Shown here one piece after another: positions 19,131 through 27,495 of a stretch of DNA of 32,000 nt (the first letter of the stretch is position 1; each line of letters opens with the position of its first letter). The translations under genes and the position numbers were made by a program. The stretch lies in contig CP113000.1 of the NCBI GenBank assembly GCA_026625185.1, positions 1,185,622-1,217,621 of the forward strand. Direction: 5' to 3'. Below the pieces are notes generated by a model. The model searched no databases, was not told the DNA's origin, and was given only the letters and a program-made list of their open reading frames with translations. The stretch comes from Thermodesulfobacteriota bacterium. GTDB taxonomy: Bacteria; Desulfobacterota; WTBG01; JAGOGO01.

Positions 19131-19635
19131 AGTAATCCCCAACAATATTTTTATTAGAAGATTATTACTCTTGAAGCTCTCGTAACAAGTTGAAACCCAT
19201 AGAAAATATCTTGCTGAACTTGTTTCAGCAGCTCGTAAAATCAAGGACTTATGAGACCCCGAAACGAGTTCAGGGTGACAAACAGGACTTTTTACGAGTT
19301 CATCACTCTTGATTTTTGAAATTGGTTAATTTTTGCTGTTGCTGTCCAACGTTTTTTATCACATTCTTTAAAAGAGAAGGGGGTGACTTCTAAATATTTT
19401 TACCTAATTCAGACTCAGCTTTATTTTTTTTTAAGATTACTCAAGCGACCTTCAATTTTTTTTAATTTCTTTTCTACCGCTTCAATTTTATCAGCCACTT
19501 CCTTGCTCTATTAATTTTTTGCAAAATTTACGTTCTTTCGGGTTGTTAGTGAAAAAAGGGGAAATCCAAAAAACACCTTCCCTTTTAATTTAAAGAGAAA
19601 TAGCTTTCATTTCAACCTAATCTTATAAATTTTTC

Positions 19636-19663
19636 TTGACAATTATGGTTATTCTGATAAATT
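19636..19663 (+). promoter_or_regulatory. Putative sigma-70 promoter of the aminotransferase-serA operon
   Basis: TTGACA (19636-19641), a 16-nt spacer, then TAAATT (19658-19663), about 60 nt upstream of the ATG. Confidence 0.4.
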
Positions 19664-19720
19664 CCTTTCCCTGTTAAAAATGGAAACTTAAATAAAACCA
19701 AGGTATAGGGGGTTTTGTAG

Positions 19721-20872
19721 ATGCAGAGAAAATATTATTTATTAGCGCCAGGACCGGTTCCGGTGCCGCCAAAAGTCTTAGCGGCAATGTCCGAACCAAT
19801 CATTCACCATCGAGCTCCTGCCTTTGTTAAGGTGCTGGAAGAGGTGCGGGGGGGCTTAAAATTTCTTTTTCAGACAAAAAACGAAGTTCTTGTTCTTGCC
19901 TCTTCCGGCACAGGAGCCATGGAGGGGGCGGTAACAAATACGCTCTGTAAAGGTGACACCTCCTTGGTAGTACGAGCAGGAAAGTTCGGTGAGCGCTGGG
20001 CAGAAATTTGTGAGGCGTATGGGGTTAAACCAATCTGTATTGATGTGCCCTGGGGCCATGCGGTTGACCCAAAACTTATTGCTCAGGAACTGGAAAAAAA
20101 TCCCTCTATTCGCGCTGTCTTTATTCAGGCGAGCGAGACATCCACCGGGGTTATGCATCCTATCCGGGAGGTCGCGGAGATAGTAAAAAAATATGAGAAT
20201 ACTTTGTTGGTTGTTGATGCTATTAGCGGAATTGGTGTTTTTGATCTTCCGGTCGACAAATGGGGTCTTGATGTGGTGGTTTCCGGTTCTCAAAAGGCAT
20301 TTATGTTGCCTCCAGGACTTGCGTTTGTTACGTTAAGCGATAAAGCGATGTCTTTTGTTGAAAAATCAGATATACCCAAATACTACTTTAATTATAAGAA
20401 AGAAATAAAAAAACTAGTAAAAGATAACGAAACGAATTTCACGCCCGCAGTCTCCTTGATCATGGGATTAAGGGAATCCCTTAACATGATTAAGGAAGAT
20501 GGGTTAGAAAAAGTGTTTAAACGCCATACTCGTTTGGCTGATGCCACCCGGGCGGCAGCTAAAGCATTGGGCTTAGAGCTTTATGCCCCGGACAGCCCAA
20601 GTAATGCGGTTACGGCAATCAAAGCTCCTGCCGGGATAGACGGGCAAAAAATAGTAAAAATTCTTCGCGATAAACATAATATCACCATTGCCGGGGGCCA
20701 AAGCGAAGCAAAGGGGAAAATATTCCGGATCGCCCATATGGGATATTTGGATGCTTATGATATTATCATGGTTGTCTCCGCTTTGGAAATGACTCTGAAA
20801 GAGCTTGGGGTTTCCGTCGAAATGGGCCAAGGCGTTAAGGCTGCGGCTGAAATATTAGAGAAAGAAATGTAA
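19721..20872 (+). CDS. Class-V PLP-dependent aminotransferase (serine-pyruvate/alanine-glyoxylate family; likely acting as phosphoserine aminotransferase)
   Basis: LLAPGPVPVP..V, SGTGAMEGA and the PLP lysine context SGSQKAFMLPPGL are present. It lies immediately upstream of serA. Confidence 0.85.
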   Translation: MQRKYYLLAPGPVPVPPKVLAAMSEPIIHHRAPAFVKVLEEVRGGLKFLFQTKNEVLVLASSGTGAMEGAVTNTLCKGDTSLVVRAGKFGERWAEICEAYGVKPICIDVPWGHAVDPKLIAQELEKNPSIRAVFIQASETSTGVMHPIREVAEIVKKYENTLLVVDAISGIGVFDLPVDKWGLDVVVSGSQKAFMLPPGLAFVTLSDKAMSFVEKSDIPKYYFNYKKEIKKLVKDNETNFTPAVSLIMGLRESLNMIKEDGLEKVFKRHTRLADATRAAAKALGLELYAPDSPSNAVTAIKAPAGIDGQKIVKILRDKHNITIAGGQSEAKGKIFRIAHMGYLDAYDIIMVVSALEMTLKELGVSVEMGQGVKAAAEILEKEM

Positions 20873-20889
20873 AAAAGAGGGAAAGAAAT

Positions 20890-22479
20890 ATGATTAAAGT
20901 TTTAGTGAGTGATGATCTCTCCGAACAAGGGGTAGAAGTTTTTCGCAATGCTCAGGGAATTGAAGTCGATGTAAAAATCGGCTTAAAACCAGATGAACTT
21001 AAAGCAATCATCGGAAATTATGACGGCTTGGCAGTGAGAAGTGCCACTAAAGTGACCAAAGAAATCGTCGACGCAGCTGCTCGTCTGAAGGTGGTCGGAA
21101 GAGCGGGTTCTGGCACAGATAATATTGATAAAGAAGCGGCCACCAAAAGGGGTATAGTGGTTATGAATACCCCTGGAGGCAATACCGTAACCACCGCCGA
21201 ACATGCTCTTGCTATGCTTATGGCCTTGGTGCGAAGCATTCCCCAGGCTACTGCTTCCATGCGCGCCAAAAAATGGGAAAAAAAGAAGTTTATGGGAACG
21301 GAAATTTACAATAAAACCCTGGGTGTCATCGGAATGGGAAAAATCGGAAGCGTGGTGGCAGAGCGCGCCCGAGGTTTAAAAATAAACGTTGTTGTTTATG
21401 ATCCTTTCGTGACTCCTGCTGTGGCTGAACGATTAGGGGTAGAAATAGTTTCTCTTGACGATCTTTTCGCTCGCGCTGACTTTATCACCGTTCATACCCC
21501 CAAAAATAAGGACACCGAAAACCTGATAAATAAAGAAGCCTTCAAAAAAATGAAAACCGGGGTAAGAATTATTAACTGCGCCCGAGGCGGAATCGTTAAT
21601 GAAGCCGACCTGTATGACGCGATTAAATCCGGGAAGGTTGCCGGGGCAGCGCTCGATGTGTTTGTGGAGGAGCCGCCATCAGGAGACCATCCTTTGCTCC
21701 AGCTTGAAGAAGTAATCTGCACCCCTCACTTGGGGGCTTCTACCGAGGAAGCGCAGGTAAATGTATCCGTGGATATCGCGAAACAAATGGTGGATTTTTT
21801 AATAAACGGGACTATCAACAACGCAGTTAACGTCCCCTCTATCAGCGGAGAGCTGCTTGCCACCTTGTCGCCCTATCTAACCCTTGCAGAGCGCATGGGG
21901 AGTTTTCAATCGCAGACAATCACCGGAACCCTTGAAGAGGTTATTGTTGAGTACAGCGGCAAGCTCATCGGTTACGACCTCAACCCGATTACTATTTATT
22001 TGCTCCAAGGCCTCCTTAAAAAAATTGATGAGGATGTAAATTTTGTTAATGCGTTAAACATCGCCAATGAAAGAGGAATTAAAGTTGTGGGCGCGAAAAG
22101 CACAGGGTCAACTGATTTCGCTGACCTCATTACCCTCAAAACCAAAACTACGTTGGGAGAAAACCGTTTGGCCGGAACCGTTTTTGGAAAGCATGATCCC
22201 TGGATTGTGCGCATCGATGACTTCCGTCTGGAGACAGTGCTTGAGGGCACTATGCTCCTCTTCTATACCCAGGATAAACCTGGGGTAATCGGCGATATTG
22301 GCTCAACATTGGCTAAGAACAACATTAATATCTCCCGCATGCAGTTTGGCCGTCAAGAGAAAGAGGGTGAAGCGTTGGTTATCCTGGGAGTTGATTCTCT
22401 CTATTCTGAGGAGGTTTTTCAGGGTCTGGCCCAGTTGCCAAATATAATTTCGGTCAAACAAATCCAGTTAGAAGGGTAA
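20890..22479 (+). CDS. serA: D-3-phosphoglycerate dehydrogenase (long form with ASB and ACT domains)
   Basis: 529 aa with GIGRIG-like GVIGMGKIGS, CARGGIVNE and HLGAST, plus a C-terminal ACT-like region (DKPGVIGDIGS.LA..NINI). Confidence 0.95.
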   Translation: MIKVLVSDDLSEQGVEVFRNAQGIEVDVKIGLKPDELKAIIGNYDGLAVRSATKVTKEIVDAAARLKVVGRAGSGTDNIDKEAATKRGIVVMNTPGGNTVTTAEHALAMLMALVRSIPQATASMRAKKWEKKKFMGTEIYNKTLGVIGMGKIGSVVAERARGLKINVVVYDPFVTPAVAERLGVEIVSLDDLFARADFITVHTPKNKDTENLINKEAFKKMKTGVRIINCARGGIVNEADLYDAIKSGKVAGAALDVFVEEPPSGDHPLLQLEEVICTPHLGASTEEAQVNVSVDIAKQMVDFLINGTINNAVNVPSISGELLATLSPYLTLAERMGSFQSQTITGTLEEVIVEYSGKLIGYDLNPITIYLLQGLLKKIDEDVNFVNALNIANERGIKVVGAKSTGSTDFADLITLKTKTTLGENRLAGTVFGKHDPWIVRIDDFRLETVLEGTMLLFYTQDKPGVIGDIGSTLAKNNINISRMQFGRQEKEGEALVILGVDSLYSEEVFQGLAQLPNIISVKQIQLEG

Positions 22480-22517
22480 TAAGTGTAATTTTTGCCAAGG
22501 CTGACTAAAAAAAACTT

Positions 22518-22541
22518 AGCCCGCCTCAGCGCGGGCTTTTT
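22518..22541 (+). terminator. Rho-independent terminator after serA
   Basis: AGCCCGC-ctcagc-GCGGGCT followed by TTTTT. Confidence 0.7.
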
Positions 22542-22572
22542 ATCTTTCTTACTCGTATAGGGATTTAAGAAA

Positions 22573-23877
22573 TTGGCGAATGTAATCGTGATTGGAGCTC
22601 AATGGGGAGATGAGGGGAAGGGCAAGATCGTAGATATTTATACCGGATTTGCTGACGCAATCGTTCGGTTTCAGGGCGGGAGCAACGCGGGCCACACGGT
22701 AGTAATCGGCAACAAAAAAATTATTCTTCACCAGATCCCGAGCGGAATCCTCCACCCCAAAAAGATGTGTATCATCGGCAATGGGGTAGTCCTTGACTTA
22801 GAGACGTTGCTGGATGAGATTAACGAATTAAAATCGCAGGGATTTTTTCAAAATGAAACCCAACTGCTTATCAGCGAAGAGGCGCACCTGGTTTTTCCGT
22901 ATCACCGGCTGATTGATATCGGCAAAGAAAAAAAAGCCGGAAGTGATAAAATCGGCACCACCGGCCGGGGAATCGGGCCGGCATATGGAGATAAAATACT
23001 CCGAACCGGTATTCGGGTTATTGACCTTTTTGAAGAGAAGGTTTTTAGAGAAAAGCTGGAAAAAAACGCGGCCGAAAAAAATTTCTATTTAACTAAGTAC
23101 CTTGATCAAGAAGGTTTTGACGGGAGCGCGCTGTTTGAAAAATATTCTGCTCTGGCGAGAAGAATTAAGGCAAATGTCGTTAATACTTCCGTAGTCATTA
23201 ACAAGTTAATGGGAAAAAAGAAAAACATCCTTTTTGAAGGAGCCCAGGGAACTCTTTTAGATGTTGACCACGGAACTTATCCTTTTGTCACCTCTTCCAA
23301 CACAATAGCTGGTGCGGCTTGTGTCGGAAGCGGGGTGGGACCGACAAAAATTGATGTAGTAGTCGGGGTTGTCAAGGCTTACACGACCAGGGTAGGAGAA
23401 GGGCCTTTTCCAACCGAACTTAATGATGAAATCGGGCTGACTCTGCGAGAAAAAGGTGGCGAGTTCGGAGCTACCACCGGAAGGCCCCGGCGCTGCGGGT
23501 GGATTGATATCGTTGCCCTAAAGCATGCCAACAGAATCAATGGGTTTACTCATTTAGCTTTGACCAAGCTCGATGTTTTAACCGGAATGGAAAAAATAAA
23601 AGTATGTCGCGCTTACAAATTAAAAGGAAAAGAGGTTTCTGAATTTCCGGCCGGCATTAACGCCCTGAAAAACTGTGAGCCGGTTTATGAAGAAGTGCCT
23701 GGGTGGCGTGAAGCTTTAACGGACATAAAAAAATATAATGACTTGCCCAGGAATGCCAAAAATTATATTAAGCTTCTTGAAAAATTGACTGAAAGAAAGT
23801 TTATCTTAATTTCCGTAGGATATGAGCGGGGGGAGACAATCATAGTAAAAACCCCCTTTCCTTCAAAAAAAGATTGA
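22573..23877 (+). CDS. purA: Adenylosuccinate synthase
   Basis: VIGAQWGDEGKGKIVD, GTTGRGIGPAY, TTGRPRRCGW. TTG start. Confidence 0.97.
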   Translation: MANVIVIGAQWGDEGKGKIVDIYTGFADAIVRFQGGSNAGHTVVIGNKKIILHQIPSGILHPKKMCIIGNGVVLDLETLLDEINELKSQGFFQNETQLLISEEAHLVFPYHRLIDIGKEKKAGSDKIGTTGRGIGPAYGDKILRTGIRVIDLFEEKVFREKLEKNAAEKNFYLTKYLDQEGFDGSALFEKYSALARRIKANVVNTSVVINKLMGKKKNILFEGAQGTLLDVDHGTYPFVTSSNTIAGAACVGSGVGPTKIDVVVGVVKAYTTRVGEGPFPTELNDEIGLTLREKGGEFGATTGRPRRCGWIDIVALKHANRINGFTHLALTKLDVLTGMEKIKVCRAYKLKGKEVSEFPAGINALKNCEPVYEEVPGWREALTDIKKYNDLPRNAKNYIKLLEKLTERKFILISVGYERGETIIVKTPFPSKKD

Positions 23878-24060
23878 GGTAACTTCTTTTTTTTGATAAA
23901 TTTTTCTCTATAATAAACCCCGTTAAAAAAGTTTCACTCAAAGTATTTACCCTTTGTAAAAAAGCGTAATAATCTTTAATTTTACCCCATGCTTATCCAC
24001 CCCGATAGATATTGGAGATCTAACCGGCAAGTGGAGTCTTTCTAACGGGGTAAAAATAGT

Positions 24061-24133
24061 GAGCCGCTAGCTCAGCTGGTAGAGCATCGGATTTTTAATC
24101 CGGTGGTCACAGGTTCGAATCCTGTGCGGCTCA
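24061..24133 (+). tRNA. tRNA-Lys (anticodon UUU)
   Basis: The cloverleaf folds by hand: acceptor GAGCCGC/GCGGCTC, anticodon loop TTTTTAA, T-loop TTCGAAT. CCA is not encoded. Confidence 0.95.
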
Positions 24134-24140
24134 CTTTATT

Positions 24141-24215
24141 GTCCCCATCGTCTAGCCTGGCCCAGGACACCGGCCTTTCACGCCGGCAACACGGGTTCAA
24201 ATCCCGTTGGGGACG
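24141..24215 (+). tRNA. tRNA-Glu (anticodon UUC)
   Basis: Acceptor GTCCCCA/TGGGGAC, anticodon stem CCGGC/GCCGG with loop CTTTCAC, T-loop TTCAAAT. Confidence 0.95.
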
Positions 24216-24227
24216 CTCAAAAATATC

Positions 24228-24260
24228 AAGCACTTGGCTATTTTGGCTAAGTGCTTTTTC
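24228..24260 (+). terminator. Rho-independent terminator of the tRNA pair
   Basis: AAGCACTTGGC-tattttg-GCTAAGTGCTT (11 bp including one G.T) followed by TTTTT. Confidence 0.7.
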
Positions 24261-24471
24261 AGGATATGAAAACCCATTCCGGCAATTCCTTCCAACCTTC
24301 TCTTAACTTTTCTTCTTTCCTTTGCTTCAAGAGGTCAAGTAAGCTCTCGGCTAATTGTTTTGACATATCAACGCGCCGTCCCTTGCCACTTTTCGGGGTT
24401 TCAATCCTACCGCGCGAAAACCTTCTAAGAACACTTATAAACCGCCAGTGAAAGTCAGAAGTATTTTTTAA
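24259..24471 (-). pseudogene. Tyrosine recombinase/phage integrase internal fragment (70 codons)
   Basis: The minus-strand frame gives ..FISVLRRFSRGRIETPKSGKGRRVDMSKQLAESLLDLLKQRKEEKLREGWKELPEWVFIS*. The motifs ..tPKsGksRrVdms..L and PEWVF are typical of the region preceding the catalytic HxxR/Y part of integrases. Both the N-terminal and the catalytic C-terminal parts are missing. Confidence 0.65.
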
Positions 24472-24730
24472 TTAAATTTTTCATTTTAACTAATACCTTA
24501 AAATAGGACATTCCGAAAACAAAAATGCCTGAGATTTCTCTTGGTCACAGAAAACCGCCCATAATGTCGCCACTATGGGAATCTCAAGCGCTTTGTTTTT
24601 TTGTTGTTTTTAATTTCAGGTTTCTTTGTTTGAATATTTTTTATTATTTTAAATTAAAAATAGAAAAAGAAAACAAGGTAGTAAAATACTTTTTCTTGCT
24701 TTCTTGATGTTTTGAAATTATAAAGAACCT

Positions 24731-24901
24731 ATGGAAAAGAAAATGCTTTCAACCCCTATAAGAAATGACCTCCTTAAGGAATTTAAAAAAATTGCTATTG
24801 ACCTCGAAAGGCCAATAAACGCCCTTCTTGAAGAAGCCATGCAAGACCTTCTTGCAAAATACGAAAAGAAAGTAAAGGGCAGTCCGAAAAAGGAAACGTA
24901 A
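24731..24901 (+). CDS. Ribbon-helix-helix (CopG/Arc/MetJ-like) DNA-binding protein, 56 aa (not in the supplied ORF track)
   Basis: MEKKMLSTPIRNDLLKEFKKIAIDLERPINALLEEAMQDLLAKYEKK.. shows a beta-strand, helix, helix pattern. The RBS is weak. Confidence 0.5.
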   Translation: MEKKMLSTPIRNDLLKEFKKIAIDLERPINALLEEAMQDLLAKYEKKVKGSPKKET

Positions 24902-24927
24902 GAAAAAATTATAATGTTACTTCAAGG

Positions 24928-25356
24928 GTGATCAAAATGATAAGTCTACGGTTGAATGGTCGGCTTTTAATAACAGCGTTTATGGTAATGTTTCTCGGTG
25001 GATGCGGACCGAAACTGATTGTGCCTTCTGACCTGCCCCCGGAGCAACGAGCACATATACGAGGTACGGTTGGTGGATCTGTTTTCGCGGGCGCCGACAT
25101 TATTGCCGTTGATGGAGAAGATCTGTCTTCTGCAAATGCTGCCGATATTAGTCCTGGCACGCACAGGGTTATCCTTCAATATAATCGTCCCGGAGGCGGT
25201 AGTGTCGGACCGGTAGAACTGCAATTTGAGGCAGAAGCCGGCCACGACTACATTGCTAAATGGCATTATTCCTGGTCAAAATCATACTATTACTTTACAA
25301 TCGATGATGCCCAGACCGGTAAAGTTGTTGTTAGTGGTGGGGAAACCCCACCCTAA
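24928..25356 (+). CDS. Hypothetical lipoprotein
   Basis: A signal peptide ends in the lipobox FLGGC. The mature part (..IIAVDGEDL......ISPGTHRVIL..) was not assigned to a family. The alternative ATG at 24937 has a better SD (AGGGTG). Confidence 0.7.
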   Translation: MIKMISLRLNGRLLITAFMVMFLGGCGPKLIVPSDLPPEQRAHIRGTVGGSVFAGADIIAVDGEDLSSANAADISPGTHRVILQYNRPGGGSVGPVELQFEAEAGHDYIAKWHYSWSKSYYYFTIDDAQTGKVVVSGGETPP

Positions 25357-25383
25357 TTATTTTGTAATTCATTATATTCCTGA

Positions 25384-25476
25384 ACTTGTCAAATTGACTA
25401 TAAACCCAATACTGACATAATTGAAAAGCTCTGCCTTTACTTTGGATGTACTCCGAATGACCTAAAGACCATTTAA
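25384..25476 (+). pseudogene. C-terminal remnant (~25 codons) of an XRE-family HTH gene
   Basis: The frame after TGA reads TCQIDYKPNTDIIEKLCLYFGCTPNDLKTI*. The ..LEKLC..L.CTPNDL ending is typical of Cro/C1-type regulators. No start codon or N-terminal HTH is present. Confidence 0.45.
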
Positions 25477-25525
25477 AGCTCCTTTCTTTTTTTACAGGCC
25501 TGTTCCAGAAACGAAAGATTATAAA

Positions 25526-27388
25526 ATGAAGTCATGGCAGGAAGACTATAAGGCAAAACGAGCGACGGCGGAGGAGGCAATCAGCAGGATTCGCTCCGGT
25601 CAGCGTATCTTTGTCGGCTCCTCCTGCGGAGAGCCGCAGCACCTGGTCAATACCTTGCTTCTAAAAAAAGACTGCTTTTCAGACCTGGAAATCTTGCGAC
25701 TGCTTAGCCTGGAGGGCTCTATTACCTCCCTCTTCGGTGACCGGCGTTACGGACACAATTTTACGGTAAGGAGCATTTATCAAGGCGCGGGCCACACGCA
25801 GAGCCTGGTCAAAGGCAAGCGCTTTTTCACCCCCATAAACATCTCTCTGCTCCCCGGCCTTTTTAAAACCAGGCAATTGCCCATCCATTTTGCCTTGATA
25901 CAGGTATCTCCTCCCGATGCCTTCGGCTGGATGAGTTTCGGGATCTCTGTGGATATTACCAAGGCAGCGGCAGAGTCAGCCGATATGGTTATCGCTCAGG
26001 TCAACCCCAGGATGCCTCGCGTTCTTGGAAAAGGTTTTATTCATGTCTCTGAGGTTGATGTCATCGTCGAAAAAGAAGAGGAATTGCTTACAATCCTCGA
26101 TTTTCCAGCGCCTGATTCGAGCAAGAACATTGCCAAACTTCTGGCCGATCTTGTTGAAGATGGATCTACCATTCACCTTGGTCTGGGAGAAACAAACAAC
26201 TCTATCTTCAAGGCGTTGGCGGACAAAAAGGAGATCGGCATCCATACTCAATATCTCACCGATGGCATCATGGATCTCGTCCTGAATGGTAACATTACGA
26301 ATCGAAAAAAGGGATTAAATGAAGGCAAGACCGTGGCCAGCGCCGCCATCGGAACGCAGGAGCTTTACCAATTCCTCCATAACAATGCCTCCATTGAATT
26401 CCATCCTTCCGATTATGTGAATAATCCCGTCATCATTTCACAGAACAACAAGATGGTCTCCATCAATGTGGCTACTGAAATGGATCTAACCGGACAGGTG
26501 GCGGCGGATGCGCTGCCCCAGAACCAATTCACGGGCGTTACGGGAATTGCTGACTTTGTGGCCGGGGCGATACATTCGAAGGGAGGTAAATCGATCATCG
26601 TGTTGCCCTCGACCACCCTCGATGGCAAGACCAGCCGAATCGTGCCGGAGCTGGAAAGCAGCTCCGTCATCATCCCGCGGATTGATGTCCACCATATCGT
26701 CACCGAATTCGGAACCGTTAACCTTTTTGGGAAAAACCTGCAGGAAAGGGCCATGGCGATGATTAGTATCGCCCATCCTGACTTTCGGGAAAAACTTTTT
26801 TACAAGGCGAAAGATCTTGGACTTATCGACAGGGAGGGGACTCTGCATGAATCTCTCTTCGGTGTCTATCCGGCTTCGATGGAAGAAATCAGAGAATATG
26901 GTGGCTTTAAAGTGACGTTCCGGCCGGTCAAGGAGACCGACGTCCGCTCTATCCAAGAACACTTCTACCAAATGGATAAGGAAGATATTTCCAGACGGTT
27001 CTTTAATCAGCGGAGAAATTTTTTTCAGGATGACCTCCAAAGCATGTACCACATTGACTACATCAAGAACCTGACGCTGGTAGCGACAACCGTCCAAGGT
27101 GATTTTGAAAAAGTGATCGGCCTGGGAAGCTATATGCTGGAGCCTGCCAGGAATATGGGTGAAGTAGCATTTTCGGTGCTGCAAGAATGGCAGGGGAAAG
27201 GAATTGCTTTCGTGATTCTTAAAAAGCTTGCAGAGGCAGCGGGTGGAAACGGAATTTCGGGACTCGTGGCCTATACATCCCCCATAAATACACCCATGAT
27301 TAAGCTATTCAATAAACTGCCCTATCAAATCAATGCCGTTTTCGAGGAGGAATTCTTAGTCCTTACCTGCAGGTTCGAACAAGCCTAG
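25526..27388 (+). CDS. Fusion protein: acetyl-CoA hydrolase/transferase-family (4-hydroxybutyrate CoA-transferase-like) domain plus C-terminal Pat-type GNAT acetyltransferase domain
   Basis: Residues 1 to ~430 carry RIFVGSSCGEPQ, MDLTGQV and GGKSIIVLPST. Residues ~463-620 (from 26912) carry FRPVKETDV..I.E.F...........RFF, IDY.....LVA and WQGKGIA. Confidence 0.85.
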   Translation: MKSWQEDYKAKRATAEEAISRIRSGQRIFVGSSCGEPQHLVNTLLLKKDCFSDLEILRLLSLEGSITSLFGDRRYGHNFTVRSIYQGAGHTQSLVKGKRFFTPINISLLPGLFKTRQLPIHFALIQVSPPDAFGWMSFGISVDITKAAAESADMVIAQVNPRMPRVLGKGFIHVSEVDVIVEKEEELLTILDFPAPDSSKNIAKLLADLVEDGSTIHLGLGETNNSIFKALADKKEIGIHTQYLTDGIMDLVLNGNITNRKKGLNEGKTVASAAIGTQELYQFLHNNASIEFHPSDYVNNPVIISQNNKMVSINVATEMDLTGQVAADALPQNQFTGVTGIADFVAGAIHSKGGKSIIVLPSTTLDGKTSRIVPELESSSVIIPRIDVHHIVTEFGTVNLFGKNLQERAMAMISIAHPDFREKLFYKAKDLGLIDREGTLHESLFGVYPASMEEIREYGGFKVTFRPVKETDVRSIQEHFYQMDKEDISRRFFNQRRNFFQDDLQSMYHIDYIKNLTLVATTVQGDFEKVIGLGSYMLEPARNMGEVAFSVLQEWQGKGIAFVILKKLAEAAGGNGISGLVAYTSPINTPMIKLFNKLPYQINAVFEEEFLVLTCRFEQA

Positions 27389-27495
27389 TTCCACGTAACG
27401 TTACTTGGCAGTAAGAATATTGGCAGTGATGGAAAAATTGGGCTCCGGCACCGCTGATGTTTCATGGTGGCTTGCAAAAAAGGAGGAAACGAATT

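Noticed and set aside
19131-19400. preQ1 riboswitch upstream of queE
   Set aside because: The best candidate (AGAAG-TCACCCC-CTTCT followed by an A/T-rich tail) lacks the conserved loop residues and the AAAAAACUA-type tail spacing of preQ1-I. No class II/III features were seen.
19421-19498. 25-codon GTG-initiated coiled-coil ORF (VADKIEAVEKKLKKIEGRLSNLKKK) on the minus strand
   Set aside because: It is too short, the SD-like GGAA abuts the start codon, and it ends in a poly-A run. It is probably low-complexity noise.
24103-24306. 67-aa ORF spanning tRNA-Lys and tRNA-Glu
   Set aside because: It is a translation of the tRNA genes and their terminator, not a protein.
26486-27184. 232-aa antisense ORF inside the CoA-transferase::GNAT gene; also the many antisense or alternate-frame ORFs within groEL (7576-8946), valS (10032-11240), serA, hgcA (29544-29726) and the 174-aa ORF 15366-15890 opposite the cytidylate-kinase-like gene
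   Set aside because: They overlap genes with strong family signatures. They have low-complexity or Arg/Ser/Pro-rich composition typical of shadow frames, and they lack RBSs.
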